From contig OZ059898.1 in NCBI GenBank assembly GCA_964057225.1, positions 4,464,001 to 4,528,000 of the forward strand: 64,000 nucleotides of DNA, written 5' to 3'. Position numbers and translations under genes: made by a program. This DNA comes from Auanema rhodensis (Eukaryota > Animalia > Nematoda). The notes under the pieces were generated by a model. The model did not search any database. It had not been told where the DNA came from and saw nothing but the letters and a program-made list of their open reading frames with translations. Within the stretch, counting starts at the first letter, position 1; the number at the start of each line of letters is the position of its first letter. This document shows positions 12,535 through 24,795 of this stretch, one piece after another.

Positions 12535-15500
12535 ATGCTTCGGCTGGAGGCTTTAACCTCTCGACAGAAAAAACTTACAAAAATCAATTGCAATCGAATT
12601 CGAAAGTAATTATAATCTTTTAATATTATTTATTATTATTATTAATATTATTATTAGGTGTCTTTTCAAACAAATCTATCGATGTGCAACCGATTATGAA
12701 TTCCAGAAAACTATGAACTATGAGGTGAGTAATGTTATCTAACAATTTTTTTAAATCAAATATTTGACATCACTTTTACAATTCAACATTCAATTTTCTT
12801 TTTAATTATATTTTGATAAGTATGTGCTTGTTTTGTTTTTAGAAATCATCAGATCTACCATATAGAATTATGCTTTGGAGAATACTGGTTAATCAACCAA
12901 TTATTTCAACAGTTTTAAGGATTGAAAGACCATATCCAAAGAAAGGCTCCATTCACGCCGCTCTACTATGTGGTACATACTACGGTGAGTTTGAAACTAT
13001 AGCGACGAATAGCCGTGCGCCTGAGGAGCGCCTTGTAGTGCATAGTTAATGGTTCGATTCCGCGATGTTTAATGCTGTATTCAACATGTGAATGACCGCA
13101 TAGGATCGGCGCGGGTAGATGAATTATCCAGTTGTGTTGTTCTTATATCTAAATGTTGATATAAATTAACATTCATAGCTAGATTACAAGTTTTATGGAA
13201 CTTTTCAATGTTTTGTTAATCTTCAGATTTTACTGTAAGACGTGAAATTGATATCCAAGGAATTGTTGAAGCAATAGGAATGCAAGAAAGCGAATTCAGT
13301 GCTATTGTTAAGATGATTACAACTAAAACTGGTTGTAGTTTGGGTGATTTGAATACAGTATGTTTGTTTTATTTTAAAAATTATTATATTTATTTTTAAG
13401 TTGAAAGGAGTATCTGATATTAAGTGCTATTTATCAATAACTGTAATTTATGGAAAGGTTATAAAGATGCGTTTATATTCAAATAATATAGATCTGATTT
13501 CAGATTTGTAATTGGGACCTGCCCCCTCCTTTCAAAAAAGCAGAACAGCCAGATGAGCAAGGTGTTTCGAGAAGAAAACGAGGAAGATCAAGCGTTACTG
13601 AGAAAAAAGTTCCTGTTAAACGTTCACCAAGAAGTAGAGCTGAGCATACACAACTGCCAGTGCATGAAATGTAAGTTAATCGATAAATTTATGTTTAAAA
13701 AATTTTTAATGAATATTAATGAATGCCAGTGGGAATAAAAGCTGAGCTCATTAAAACGTCTTGATGGTCAATCTTTCTTCTTTCCTTTTTTTTGTGAATA
13801 AGTGCATCTTTCAGCTCTGATTCAGCAAAACATACATATACTGAAAAACAGCCTGCTGAAAAGGAAGTAAGAAAATACACCAGAAGACAAAGTAATTCTA
13901 ATAAAAGTATAATCGGCTCACCAGGTATTGTATATGAAAAACAAAATTTAATCAGTATTATGTTAAGAATGTACAGCTACTATGTCTAAGAGATCTAGAA
14001 TGAGAAAGTCGACTAGTAATGTATCGACCAGATCAGCAAAAAAAGATTCATCAACATATATTGCTGCTGCTGTTAATAAAAGGAAAGGTGTAAGCAAAAT
14101 TGAAGAAAGATTGCTTCCAACAGAGTCTCATTCAAGTTTGTTTCAATTCTATTAAACTAAACATTGTTTTTTACTTCATTCAGCAGACGAAGTAAATAAT
14201 GATCAATCTATGAACTTTGACGAATCACATTTGGGAGATTCAGATACGGATAAATCAGATAAGGATTTGTTAGTTTAAAAATCATCTAAATAATTTTTTA
14301 TTTAATGCATTTAGTGTTGATGAGCGTGATTTCGAAATTACAATGTATAACAAACAAGTAATTTATATTTAGTAAAATTTAATTTTTAATAATATATTTT
14401 ATAGAACATTAAGGATTGCTTCCATGTTTGTAATGGACGTTTTATATTTTTCTGTATAACTGAAGGGCGTTATTCAATAGGAGAAATTATGAATTCTTAT
14501 TTAAAATTAAAGGTTTATATATGATAAATTATGAATATAATCATATTTTTGATTGCAGCATAATCGCTCTTATTATTTTTCATCTCTGTCTCGTCTTTGT
14601 GAAGATAATGATATAGCTTTTGCTGATTTAAACCTATTGGAACCACCATTTGTAGATATGAGCTATGAAGGTAGTACTTTGAATTTGAAATTATTAAATT
14701 ATGCTGTCATTAGGCTTACGAGTGTTTGCCTATAGGACATTTGGTTGGTCAATTGGTATAATAGTTCAATGTAATTTAAATAACAACTCGTTTAAGGTGA
14801 GATGTGAACCTTTTGATTATAAATAACAAATATTATAGATAATCTTTGATGACTCAAGTGAAGAATATATACGGTACAAGAATGGTAATAACGTAAATAT
14901 CTATCCTCTTGTCAAACAACCTATTTATGGGACTGGTGTATGCATTTTATATTATTATAATAAAACAAAAAAATATTATAAAATGAGAGTAATTTTAGTT
15001 AAATCTTAACACAAGCTTGATTGGTGCCAGTAAGAACATAAATCTAACTTACTCACAATCCATGCAAACTTCAGAGTCTGATACAATTGTCTTGAAGAAG
15101 GTTGGGCAATCGGTGTATTGCTGTTAATCACAACATTGTTTTAGGAGCTTGATGAACTTGAATCTAATCAGGATACTAATCAATCTCTCATACATACTTG
15201 TGAGAAACTTCAAATAGAAGAACCAGGTAGCTAATTGGTTCTCATACTAACAATTATTCAACGAAAAGCTTTAGAACTAAAGCCCCCTGAAAGCAATATA
15301 GTTGAATCGTTAACTATTATAAATAATGAAGTCATGGAAAATCACAATAGGAATCGATCAATTTTTTTGAACGTTGGTTAGTTAATAGCATATACTGTCT
15401 TATATATAATATATTTATCTTATTCGAACAGATCAAATGGCTATTGGATATCAACCAGTCTTCGAACATCCTCAACTAAGTATTCAAGAAAATATGCAAC

Positions 15501-16612
15501 CTGAGTGCAACAGTATTTTAATAAATGTAAGACCGGAATAAGATGAATGTTAAGATTTGAATATTGCACACGATACTAATTCATTGGGGGGACATGAACT
15601 TAACAGTCTTTTATCATTTCCGCAAGCTGCAGATACTGTTACAGGTGTTTTAAGATTGTAAACAATAACGCTTTAAATTGTAGTTCCTCCTGAAACAACT
15701 AACATTATGCATTTGGAAATTCCAACGGCTTCAACATCAGGAATCTCTCAGCCAGCTTTAAGTGCCCTAATATGTTAAGCTATTTCCTTCAGACTATGTA
15801 TTTTCAGATCACCTTGCTCAACAGCATCTGATTCCGACAAATGGTAATGTAACTAATGACAATAATTTAACTTTACTTCCAAATAATACATGTAGTTTAA
15901 TATTTATGTATGTGATTTATACCATTATTTTAATATTTTAAGATCTCTCTCCCATCCCTAATTATCTATGTGTCGATTTAACTCATTCTAATTCTCCAGT
16001 GGATTCTTCGATTTCAAGTTTGCAATTAACCATATTCGTGGCATATTAATTCTTCTAGATTTGATTCCTGTTCCAATGAATAGTGCGGAAATAATTCTTT
16101 CAACTGTATTGAATCCTTCGATTCTTCCTAGAATTATTGCTCCACGTGATTAAATATTCGTTTTTCTTGTTAAGCATATATTACAGGCAGTCATTCTACT
16201 TCTTTAAATACCCATGTATCTATTCATGATATTGCTTCCACTTCTACTACTGTTCCAAGTTCATCTTACCATGGTTCGTGTTAACTGTGAATCGGGATTA
16301 TTATTAAACATAATAAGTAAATATATAGTTGCAGCTAATTCCCTTTATGTTAACAAAGCTTCTATGCCTGGTGCTGATCTGACAAACTACAATATTTCTA
16401 GTCTTCCACAGCCTGTAAGCCATAAGAGGCTTTTCATTGATGAAGCATATTTAATACGTTGCGCCAATAACGTCTTTCAAAAATCAGTGTTATCAGACTA
16501 TTTAATAGCTACACCCGTAATAGGTTTGTCAAGTTTCTTTTCAATTATTATAATTAATACTTTAGCAAATATATCTGCTCCAACTCTTTGCCCATCTCAT
16601 TTTGAATACTGA
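12535..16612 (+). CDS. ~20-exon protein with a basic region, a SETDB1-like Tudor-type region and a low-complexity C-terminus (candidate N-terminal half of met-2)
   Basis: A phase-consistent chain of exons can be traced from ATG 12535 (MLRLEALTSRQKK) to TGA 16610-16612. Exons at 14404-14936 give ...EDNDIAFADLNLLEPPFVDMSYEGLRVFAYRTFGWSIGIIVQCNLNNNSFKIIFDDSSEEYI...IYPLV, matching the Tudor pattern G-x-RV-x-A...G-I...F-x-I-x-FDD. A few internal donors are ambiguous. Confidence 0.75.
13001..13140 (+). mobile_element. tRNA-like Pol III element (probable tRNA-derived SINE) inside an intron
   Basis: GC-richer island in intron 12985-13226. A-box-like TAGCCGTGCG at 13010 and a perfect B-box GGTTCGATTCC at 13051-13061, with tRNA-like spacing. 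No convincing cloverleaf. Confidence 0.5.
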
Positions 16613-17217
16613 TTTCCAGAACTACAAATAAACTCTCCTTTAATGTATAATCGGAATAGATCGAAAACATCTTTTTTGTTATATTGTTATTATTTTTTAT
16701 TTTTATTATTAATATTTTGCTGTAATAATTGAAATCAAGTATAACAATCAAATCACAAATTAAAGATATAAATAAATAAATGAATAAATATATATTATAT
16801 TATCAATTATCAATTATCGAGTAGAAAATATATATATATATATAATATATACCTAGCACTACCGCACTCTAATATTAAATATCTCACGATTACCACGAAA
16901 TGTATTTCGGCCAAAACTTTTTCGCATATATGGATCGTATAGTTGTAGACGTGAAATTTTATTTTTAGGTGAATTCATGCTTTTTGAAATTATATTTTAG
17001 TATTCACATTCTCTAGAGACCAATTCGAGCTTCAATAGTGACACTAAATTAATGTTAGACTAAAAATCAATACGCAACCACAAAATGAGTGATATTTAAA
17101 TCACATGTGCTTTAAATAGTTTATTTGAAATATTTGTGGTAAACTATAGATGACGTAGTCTTAATAGTGATTTACAGGTTCTTCTAAATAATATCAACGG
17201 CTGGCGAATCTTGTGAT

Positions 17218-19520
17218 ATGAATAGTATTGAAGAAATTATACTCACAGATGATGAGATGGAGGAACATATAGATCACAACATGAGTCAAGATGACATAAC
17301 TGTTGTTTTTGAATGTAATTTAGCTCCACGGGTTCAACAACATAATATGCCTAGTAATTCAGTAGCGTAAGATAGACGTTCTATAATGAATTGCTATAGT
17401 TTATAATAGAACCGATAGTAAGCAATACTCTGACGATATAATACCTGTTATTACGCTGTCCGACAGTGAAGATAACTTTTGTGAACAAGTACCGACCGTA
17501 TTTTTGGATGTAAGTCCTGAAACATTAGATAAAGAAGAGGAAATAATCAAGGTTTTTATTTTTCTACTGTAATGATAGCTCCATGCATATTAATCTATAG
17601 GAACTTGGAGTAAAAAAATTTAGTGAATTAGAACCTAACTCCAGAAAACTTTTAGAAGCCCGAATAAGAAGGGAAAAGTCGGAGGTAATTAATGCTTTGT
17701 ACAATGCTTTAATTGGTATTTAGGTAATTCTTGGACGAGTTGTGATCAACTATCCACATTATGAAAAGATATGGCATGAGTGCTCATCAAGTTGTCTTAT
17801 TGATAATTCGGACCCTATGAATGGCAGTTTTTCTGACGTTTCACCATTGCTTATTCCAATATCCACTGGATGGAAAAGAGAAGTTTTTAGCACAAGAGCT
17901 AAGAAACGAATTAATAAACATAATTAAGATCAGCATAATGGAGCATACAAGACTTCAAACTGTTCAAAAATATGTACTTTATACTTCTCCTTGTGGCAAA
18001 TCCTTTTATGATCATAAAGCTATTAGTGCCTATCTTAAAGTAAAATGCTTTTGTTTTGAGAACTTTGAATATCTCTGTAATTCAGAAGACAAACTGTAAT
18101 TTATCTCTTAGTAATTTCTGCTTTGATCAGATCGTAGATCCCTCCAAATTAGTTAAGGTTAATTACTTTTACTATGGAATATAAGCAAATTTTTACTAAC
18201 GAAGTTCTTACAGATTCCAGATAATCAAATTATGCATTCTGATATTAGTCATGGAAAGGAGCTTTTCCCTGTTACTGCCATTAATACAGTCGATATTACG
18301 GAAATTCCTAATGTTTGTTGACGTATACAACCGGTTTTATTTATTTGTTGTTTAGATACAATATATCACTACGAGACAATTTAGCCCTAATTTACAAGAG
18401 GTAATGGTGAGAAGTAGTGCGATGTGCTCTGGTTGCTCGTGTGAAGGTTAGCGAATCAAATATTATTAACCATGTAATTTAGTTTTTTTTTGAGACGATT
18501 GTCAAAATAGTTCAAAATGTGAATGTCAGCTACTTACTGTCGATAGTATAACGCAATTTTCAAAAAGAAAGACATCACTGAACGGGTTCGAAACTCTTCT
18601 TACACCTCACGATGACAATATTTGGTTTAGGTATACGAATCGTTTTTTAAAGCAAAAGATAATTACTGGGATATATGAATGTAACCAGAATTGCAAATGT
18701 AACACGAAACGGTGTCCAAATAGAGTGGCTCAGTTTCCTATTTCTTATCCATTATCAGTTGGTATATTGAATTTGTTCTGGATATGATTGCAAGTTATTT
18801 AGTTATTTCGGACGGGATTGAAAGGCTGGGGTGTCAGAACTTTGGTTGATATTCCGCAGGGAGCTTTTGTAATGAACTTTCTCGGACAGTTATATTCTCA
18901 AGATACCATTGACGAAGTTCCTAAATTTATTTATACAGCTGACATTGACTATATAGATACGGTTAAAATTAGTTGCTTAAAACGTATAAGTCTCATTATA
19001 TAAGTTTTAGATTGAAATGCAAAAAAAAATGGCCCAAGAACTTTTTGATAGACGAAGAAGATCCAAACAGTTTGCTTAAAAATAGTTCATTAATTGTCAT
19101 AAAATTTACAGTTTTAGTCTTCCTTGTAATGGTATAGATTGGTCATCTTGTTTTGATCATAATGAACATCTCTTTACAATTGATGCGTCCACTATGGGAA
19201 ATTTAGCTAGGTTTCTTTCTCCTCCTAAAAATAATTTATCTCATTAAGTTTAAGGTATATGAATCATTCATGCACTCCCAATGTATTTTCACAGTTTGTA
19301 TTTGTTGATACCCATGATATGCGTTTACCTTGGGTGTCTTTCTTTACTAATACAAAAATTAATGCTGGAGAGGTAACATAAATATATTGGCTTTAAAATA
19401 TAGTTTGTTTAGGAGCTAACTTGGGATTATGACTATAAAGTTAATTCTCAAAATGTACAATCGAGTTATTGCTACTGCGGGTCAACACAGTGTACTGAGC
19501 AAGGAGTTCTCCGGTTTTGA
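17218..19520 (+). CDS. met-2: SETDB1/MET-2-family H3K9 methyltransferase (MBD, pre-SET, bifurcated SET, post-SET), compact form
   Basis: Spliced translation gives [38 protein letters not shown] (MBD); [30 protein letters not shown] (pre-SET); [17 protein letters not shown] and [50 protein letters not shown] (SET with the SETDB1 signature VFVDTHD); CYCGSTQC (post-SET); stop TGA 19518-19520. Confidence 0.9.
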
Positions 19521-19749
19521 AAAAAATAGATGTATAATTAAATTTTAGGCTCACTAATTGTATTAATATCGTTTTACTTATATTTTTTCTGAAATTGATA
19601 TGCAGGTTTTATGTTTTACTCATCTTTTGGCATTTTAAAGGCATAATACAGTTCTACTCTTCCGTAAACATCGTAAATTCTATTCATGTGGTTTTCCCAT
19701 CAATATCTTATTCAAGTTCTTAGATTTCGATAAAGTTTCCTTATGACAG

Positions 19750-22700
19750 ATGAATTATTTTCTTAGCCGAACACAGCGATTATTATGTTTCCCTCAACGA
19801 CGTGCTATTAGAAACTGTAGTGAAATCAGTGAAATTATAAATAGTTTGTTTCAACTTGAATTTGCAGTTTTATCCTTCTTCAGAAAAGGAGAATGAAGCG
19901 TTACGCTATACTAAGATGACTCCTAGAGAGCACGTTCTACTTCGACCTGATAGCTACATAGGTTCAACAAGTGTTTTCGAAAACCACGTACTATTTGGAT
20001 TCATCCTCCTTTGGTTTTACATATTTTTATTTAGCCAGTGTGGACCTACAATAACTTACAACAATCAATGGAGCTTCGTAATTCTTCCTACTCTCCAGGA
20101 CTCTTGAAAATATTTGATGAAATTCTGGTTAATGCCGCGGATAATAAGTTCAGAGATCCAAACATGTCGCAAATCAGGATAAACGTGGACAAGTTAGATT
20201 TTAATATCGTTGAAAAGGATTTGAATTATATATAATTTAAAAATATTCTGAATTAGCAAATATTCAAGGAAATCTGAAGTCCAGTAATATTCTTCATAAG
20301 TAAGTACAACAGACGACATGACATAATTAAAAATTGGGCAGAGTAAAGAAAACACAAGGTTAATAAAAGAAAATAGTTTTGAGATATTTTTCTTATTTTA
20401 ACTAAATTAATTCTATTTTCTTTATTTGCTGGCAACTTTGTTCTAATATATGTATATATATTAGCATTGTTTCGGACATAGGTTTAATTTTCACGTACCA
20501 TCGGAGTACGTACGCGAAATTAAAGTTCGTCGTATTTGAATGTTTGAATATAATTTGATAAATGCTAATAATGTTCTCTATTTTATAGATCTCAGCAACT
20601 AATATCAGTTTGGAATAATGGAAAGGGTTTACCGATCGTTGTTCACCCAACGGAAAACGTGTATGTACCGACTTTAATATTTGGAAGTCTACTAACATCG
20701 TCGAATTTCAATGATACCAATGACAAATTAGTTGGTAAATCTCTTTATTTTTTTGAGATTCTTACAATATAGTTTTCTCAGGTGGCCGAAATGGGTATGG
20801 TGCCAAACTTTGTAATATATATTCGAAGCAATTTATCGTAGAAACGGCAAGCCAAGAGACCCAAACAAAGTTTCGACAGGTGTGTTTGCCACTCGTCTAA
20901 TAATATTTTCATTTTTTACAGTCATGGTATGATAATATGTCTCGATGTGATGATCCGGAAATTTATCATTGTGAAAAAGAGGAATATACTAAGATTTCGT
21001 TTGTTCCGGATACTTCTCGATTCCACAATGTCTCATTTGATAATGACCTGATACTGTTGTTAGAAAAGCGCGCTATAGATATCGCTGGAACTCTCGAAGA
21101 TGTTGAAGTTTTTTTTAATGATAAGCGTATAGAAGTAATAGGACAATTTTTATATATATTTATTTATTTATCTTAGGTTTCGTCATTTTTTAATTATTCT
21201 CGTTTATATGATCCTAATTGTATGTTCCTCGACATATCTAAAAGATGGAAGGTTACCAGTTTTAAAAACTTTTATCTCAACAAGCTGATTCAGGTGTCTT
21301 TATCAATTTCAGAAAATGGATTTCAGCAAATAAGTTTTGTTAATAATATTTTTACCTCCAAGGTATGTTTATATTTGTGCTTCTTTCACTATTTCCGACA
21401 TTTAGGGAGGAAGTCATGTCGACTATATTGTTGAGAATATCGTTTCAATATTAAAACAGGAGCTTGTGAGCCGTTGTGCCTCGGAGAGAAATATTAGAAA
21501 TCAAATGGTAAATCTGTTAGTTCTGCGAATTATGCTTAATAATTTTTTAGATAAAAAACAAGCTTTTTATAATGATCAATGCCACAATAACGAATCCATC
21601 TTTTGATAGTCAATCTAAGGAATGCTTGAATACTAAGGTAGTTGTTTGAATAAAAAATTATTATATAAAACTACTACAGTCGAAGAATTTCGGATCCCTT
21701 CCCGAATTGAATATTGAAAAAGTTAAAGAATGGGCTGTGTCTTCTGGTATTCTTGATGAACTTACAGCTTTAATAAATAATAAAAAAGTAAACAATTTTT
21801 CAAGTTTCGTTTTTCCGAATTAGTCAATCAGGTTAGAAAGTTACAACAAACACCAGATATTATACCTAAACTCGAAGAAGCAAATAAAGCGGGTACTAGC
21901 TCTTCACAGGACTGTACACTTATAATTACGGAAGGTATAGAAACTTTATAATTTTTTTATTCATTTATTTTTATAGGAGATTCTGCAAAGGCTTTAGCTA
22001 TATCAGGACTGGAAGTTGTAGGAAGAGATTATTATGGCGTTTTTCCAATTCGAGGAAAACTCTTAAATGTGTCTGAACTTAGTTCTGAAAAATTAACAAA
22101 TAATAGAGAAATTAGCAACATTATGAACATACTAGGTCTTTCTTTTGGTGTAGATTACTCCAAATCGGAAAATCGTGGCCAATTACGTTATGGCAAATGC
22201 TTAATACTGGCAGATCAAGTTAGCTTTTTACTTTCATAGTTTTTGGTTATTTTTGTTTTCAAGGATGAGGATGGTTCTCATATAAAAGGGCTTATTTTGA
22301 ATTTTTTCAATTCTTTTTGGCCATCTCTGATAGTTACAGGATTTCTCTGTTCTTTAAAAACCCCTTTGATTAAGGTATGCTATTATGAATTGATTTTTAT
22401 AACTTGTCTTTAATAGGCGTATAAGAATGGAACTGTTAAAGAATTTTATACTAATGCAGAATATTTGAATTGGAAGTTGTTAAATTCTGATGCTAAGGAT
22501 TATTCCATTAAGTATTATAAAGGATTAGGTTTTATTGTTGTTTTTAAATTATATAACTGTTATATGTAGGAACATCAACATCGGCAGAAGCCAGGGACTA
22601 TTTTCGTAATATAAAAGAAAATATTGTGACATTTACTTCTCATGATGAATCTGATCAGGACAGTATTCAGATGGCTTTTCAGCGTTTTCGAGCTTCGGAT

Positions 22701-24644
22701 CGAAAAAATTGGATAAAATCTAAGTTATCGGTATTCTTAATTTTTGAATTTCGGTATAATGATATAGTTAAGACTTCATCGTGCCTCGACGTAACCAGTA
22801 AAAAAAATGAAACACCCCTATCTACTTTTGTAAATAATGAATTGATAGAGTTTTCTTTTTTGGATTTAAAAGTAAGTACTATTTAGTTAGTAGCAGAATC
22901 ATTGTGCCTTAGAGATCCATTCCATCTTTAGTAGATGGGTTGAAGCCATCACAACGCAAAGTTCTTCATACGATGCTACAGTTTAGTCAACGAAAGGAAA
23001 TAAAAGTTAACCAATTAGCCGGTGCTGTTGCAATGCGGCAAGCTTATCATCATGGAGAAGTAACATCTTGAAATATTTAAAGTTATCTAGTTAATTTGCA
23101 GGAATCCCTGGTAAACACTATTATACGAATGGCTCAAGACTATGTTGGCTCTAACAACTTACCTCTATTACAAGCAATAGGTTTTTTATCTCTTATTCTT
23201 CAGAATATGCAACAGAAATTCAGGGCAGTTCGGTTCAAGACATAACGGTGGAGACGATGCTGCTAGTGGGCGGTATATATATACTAAACTTAGGTATTGA
23301 ATTTTTGTATTGCTTCTATACTTATTCTTACTATAGCTCTTTCACGAGGCACTTATTTCCATTAGAAGATGACTCACTTTTAGAATACAACATTGAAGAA
23401 AACCAAACAGTGGAGCCCTTATGGTTAATCCTATTCCAGGAGTCTGCATGTATTATATAATTTAGGTACTGCCCTATTATCCCTTTGGTATTAGTTAATG
23501 GTGCTGAAGGTATCGCTACTGGATGGGCTACTCGCATCCTTAATCATAGTCTACAAGGTGTAATCGATAACACTAAGAGAATGGTTGAAGGGAGAGAGTT
23601 CGTGCACATGGTAATCTATCTAGTTTTCATTAAGAGTGACATTTTTTTAGGAGCCACATTGGAATGGATTCAATGGAATAATCACCGAATTATCTGAAAA
23701 TCGATATAGTATACAGGGAAAATGTTCGATAGTAAGTAAAAAAAACGGAAATACCGGGTAATTAATTTATCTTAAATTGAAACAATTTACTTTATTTTGG
23801 TTTGATGATAAGCGAATTGCCTGTTGGTGTTTGGACAGTGAAGTATAAAGATAAAGTTTTGGGGCCATTAATTAAAAACGGATTCATTCGGTAACATTGG
23901 TTTTTTCTTGATTGAAACTGTGTATGTTTAAGGGATATTTCTGAGTATCATAAGGAAAGGAATGTTAAATTCATTATTCGGTTAAGTAAGGATGCATCTT
24001 CTCGGAGTCTTGAACAGTTACGATCAATCTTGAAGTTGACTACTGTGTTATCAACTAATTCTATGGTTAATTTTTATAATATTTTTAAAATACATTTTTG
24101 TGTTCAGGTTTTGTTCGATGAAAATGGTCATTTACAGAATTTTTCATCTACTTTAGATATTTTTCAGTCTTATTTTATAGTTCGAAAAAATTTATATAAA
24201 AAAAGATTAAAACATCTAGAGAAATATGTTGAAGCCCAAATGATGTCCCTGAATAACCAGGTGGAGCTTAACAATTTATATCTTTTTTTATATAATACGT
24301 CTTTAAGAAAAATTTCATTGAGCTAGTATTAAACCGTGGAATTGACCTCTCTAAACCTCTTCAAGCAATAGAAGAAGATTTACAAACACTTCACTTTTCG
24401 AAAAATCCCATATCCCTACTAAAACATGAAGTAACTATTATCGGAGATTATGTTAATATACGTTAAATTTCAGAATGCTGATTATTCATATCTTCTTGAT
24501 TTACCGTTATGGAAACTTTCTTTGAAAGAAGTAGAGAAATTAGATAATAAACAATTGAAAAAAAAAGAAGAATTTGATCGAATAGTTAATATGTCGTGGA
24601 GGGAAGTATGGATACAAGAACTGGAGAAGCTAGAAAAATTGTGA
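19750..24644 (+). CDS. top2: DNA topoisomerase II (type IIA), probable mitochondrial paralog lacking the C-terminal domain
   Basis: Motifs across many small exons: HVLLRPDSYIG, EILVNAADN, GGRNGYGAKLCN (GHKL); EGDSAK, PIRGKLLNV, ADQDEDGSHIKG (TOPRIM); YYKGLGTS, DGLKPSQRK, AYHHGE, GQFGSR..AASGRYIYT (catalytic Tyr), NGAEGIATGW. Ends LEKLEKL* at 24644. ATG 19750 directly follows an AG and reads MNYFLSRTQRLLCFPQRRAIRN. The first intron donor is uncertain. Confidence 0.93.
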
Positions 24645-24795
24645 TAATAATAATCATTGTAATCTTATGATGATCTTATTGTAATATTTTTATCACATTG
24701 TAAATGGCAAAAATATATTTTCTTGTGCATGCTTGTGGTTGGGAATCCGTAATATCTTTAATCAATTCAGCTGTTCAATTTATTTTTTTCAAGTT
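24645..24795 (+). promoter_or_regulatory. Probable operon intercistronic region with trans-splice acceptor
   Basis: Only 151 nt separate the TOP2 stop and the RRM ATG; TTTTTTTCAAG acceptor ends 2 nt before the ATG. Confidence 0.6.

Noticed and set aside
13001-13075. Functional tRNA gene
   Set aside because: The B-box is perfect, but acceptor, anticodon and T stems do not pair convincingly; kept only as a tRNA-like element.
17742-18099. Apparent frameshift in the MBD region
   Set aside because: Resolved by a 46-nt GT-AG intron (17883-17928); not a pseudogene.
19611-19646. Alternative TOP2 start MFYSSFGILK
   Set aside because: Hits TAA after 11 codons and needs a GC donor plus a 32-nt intron; ATG 19750 fits better.
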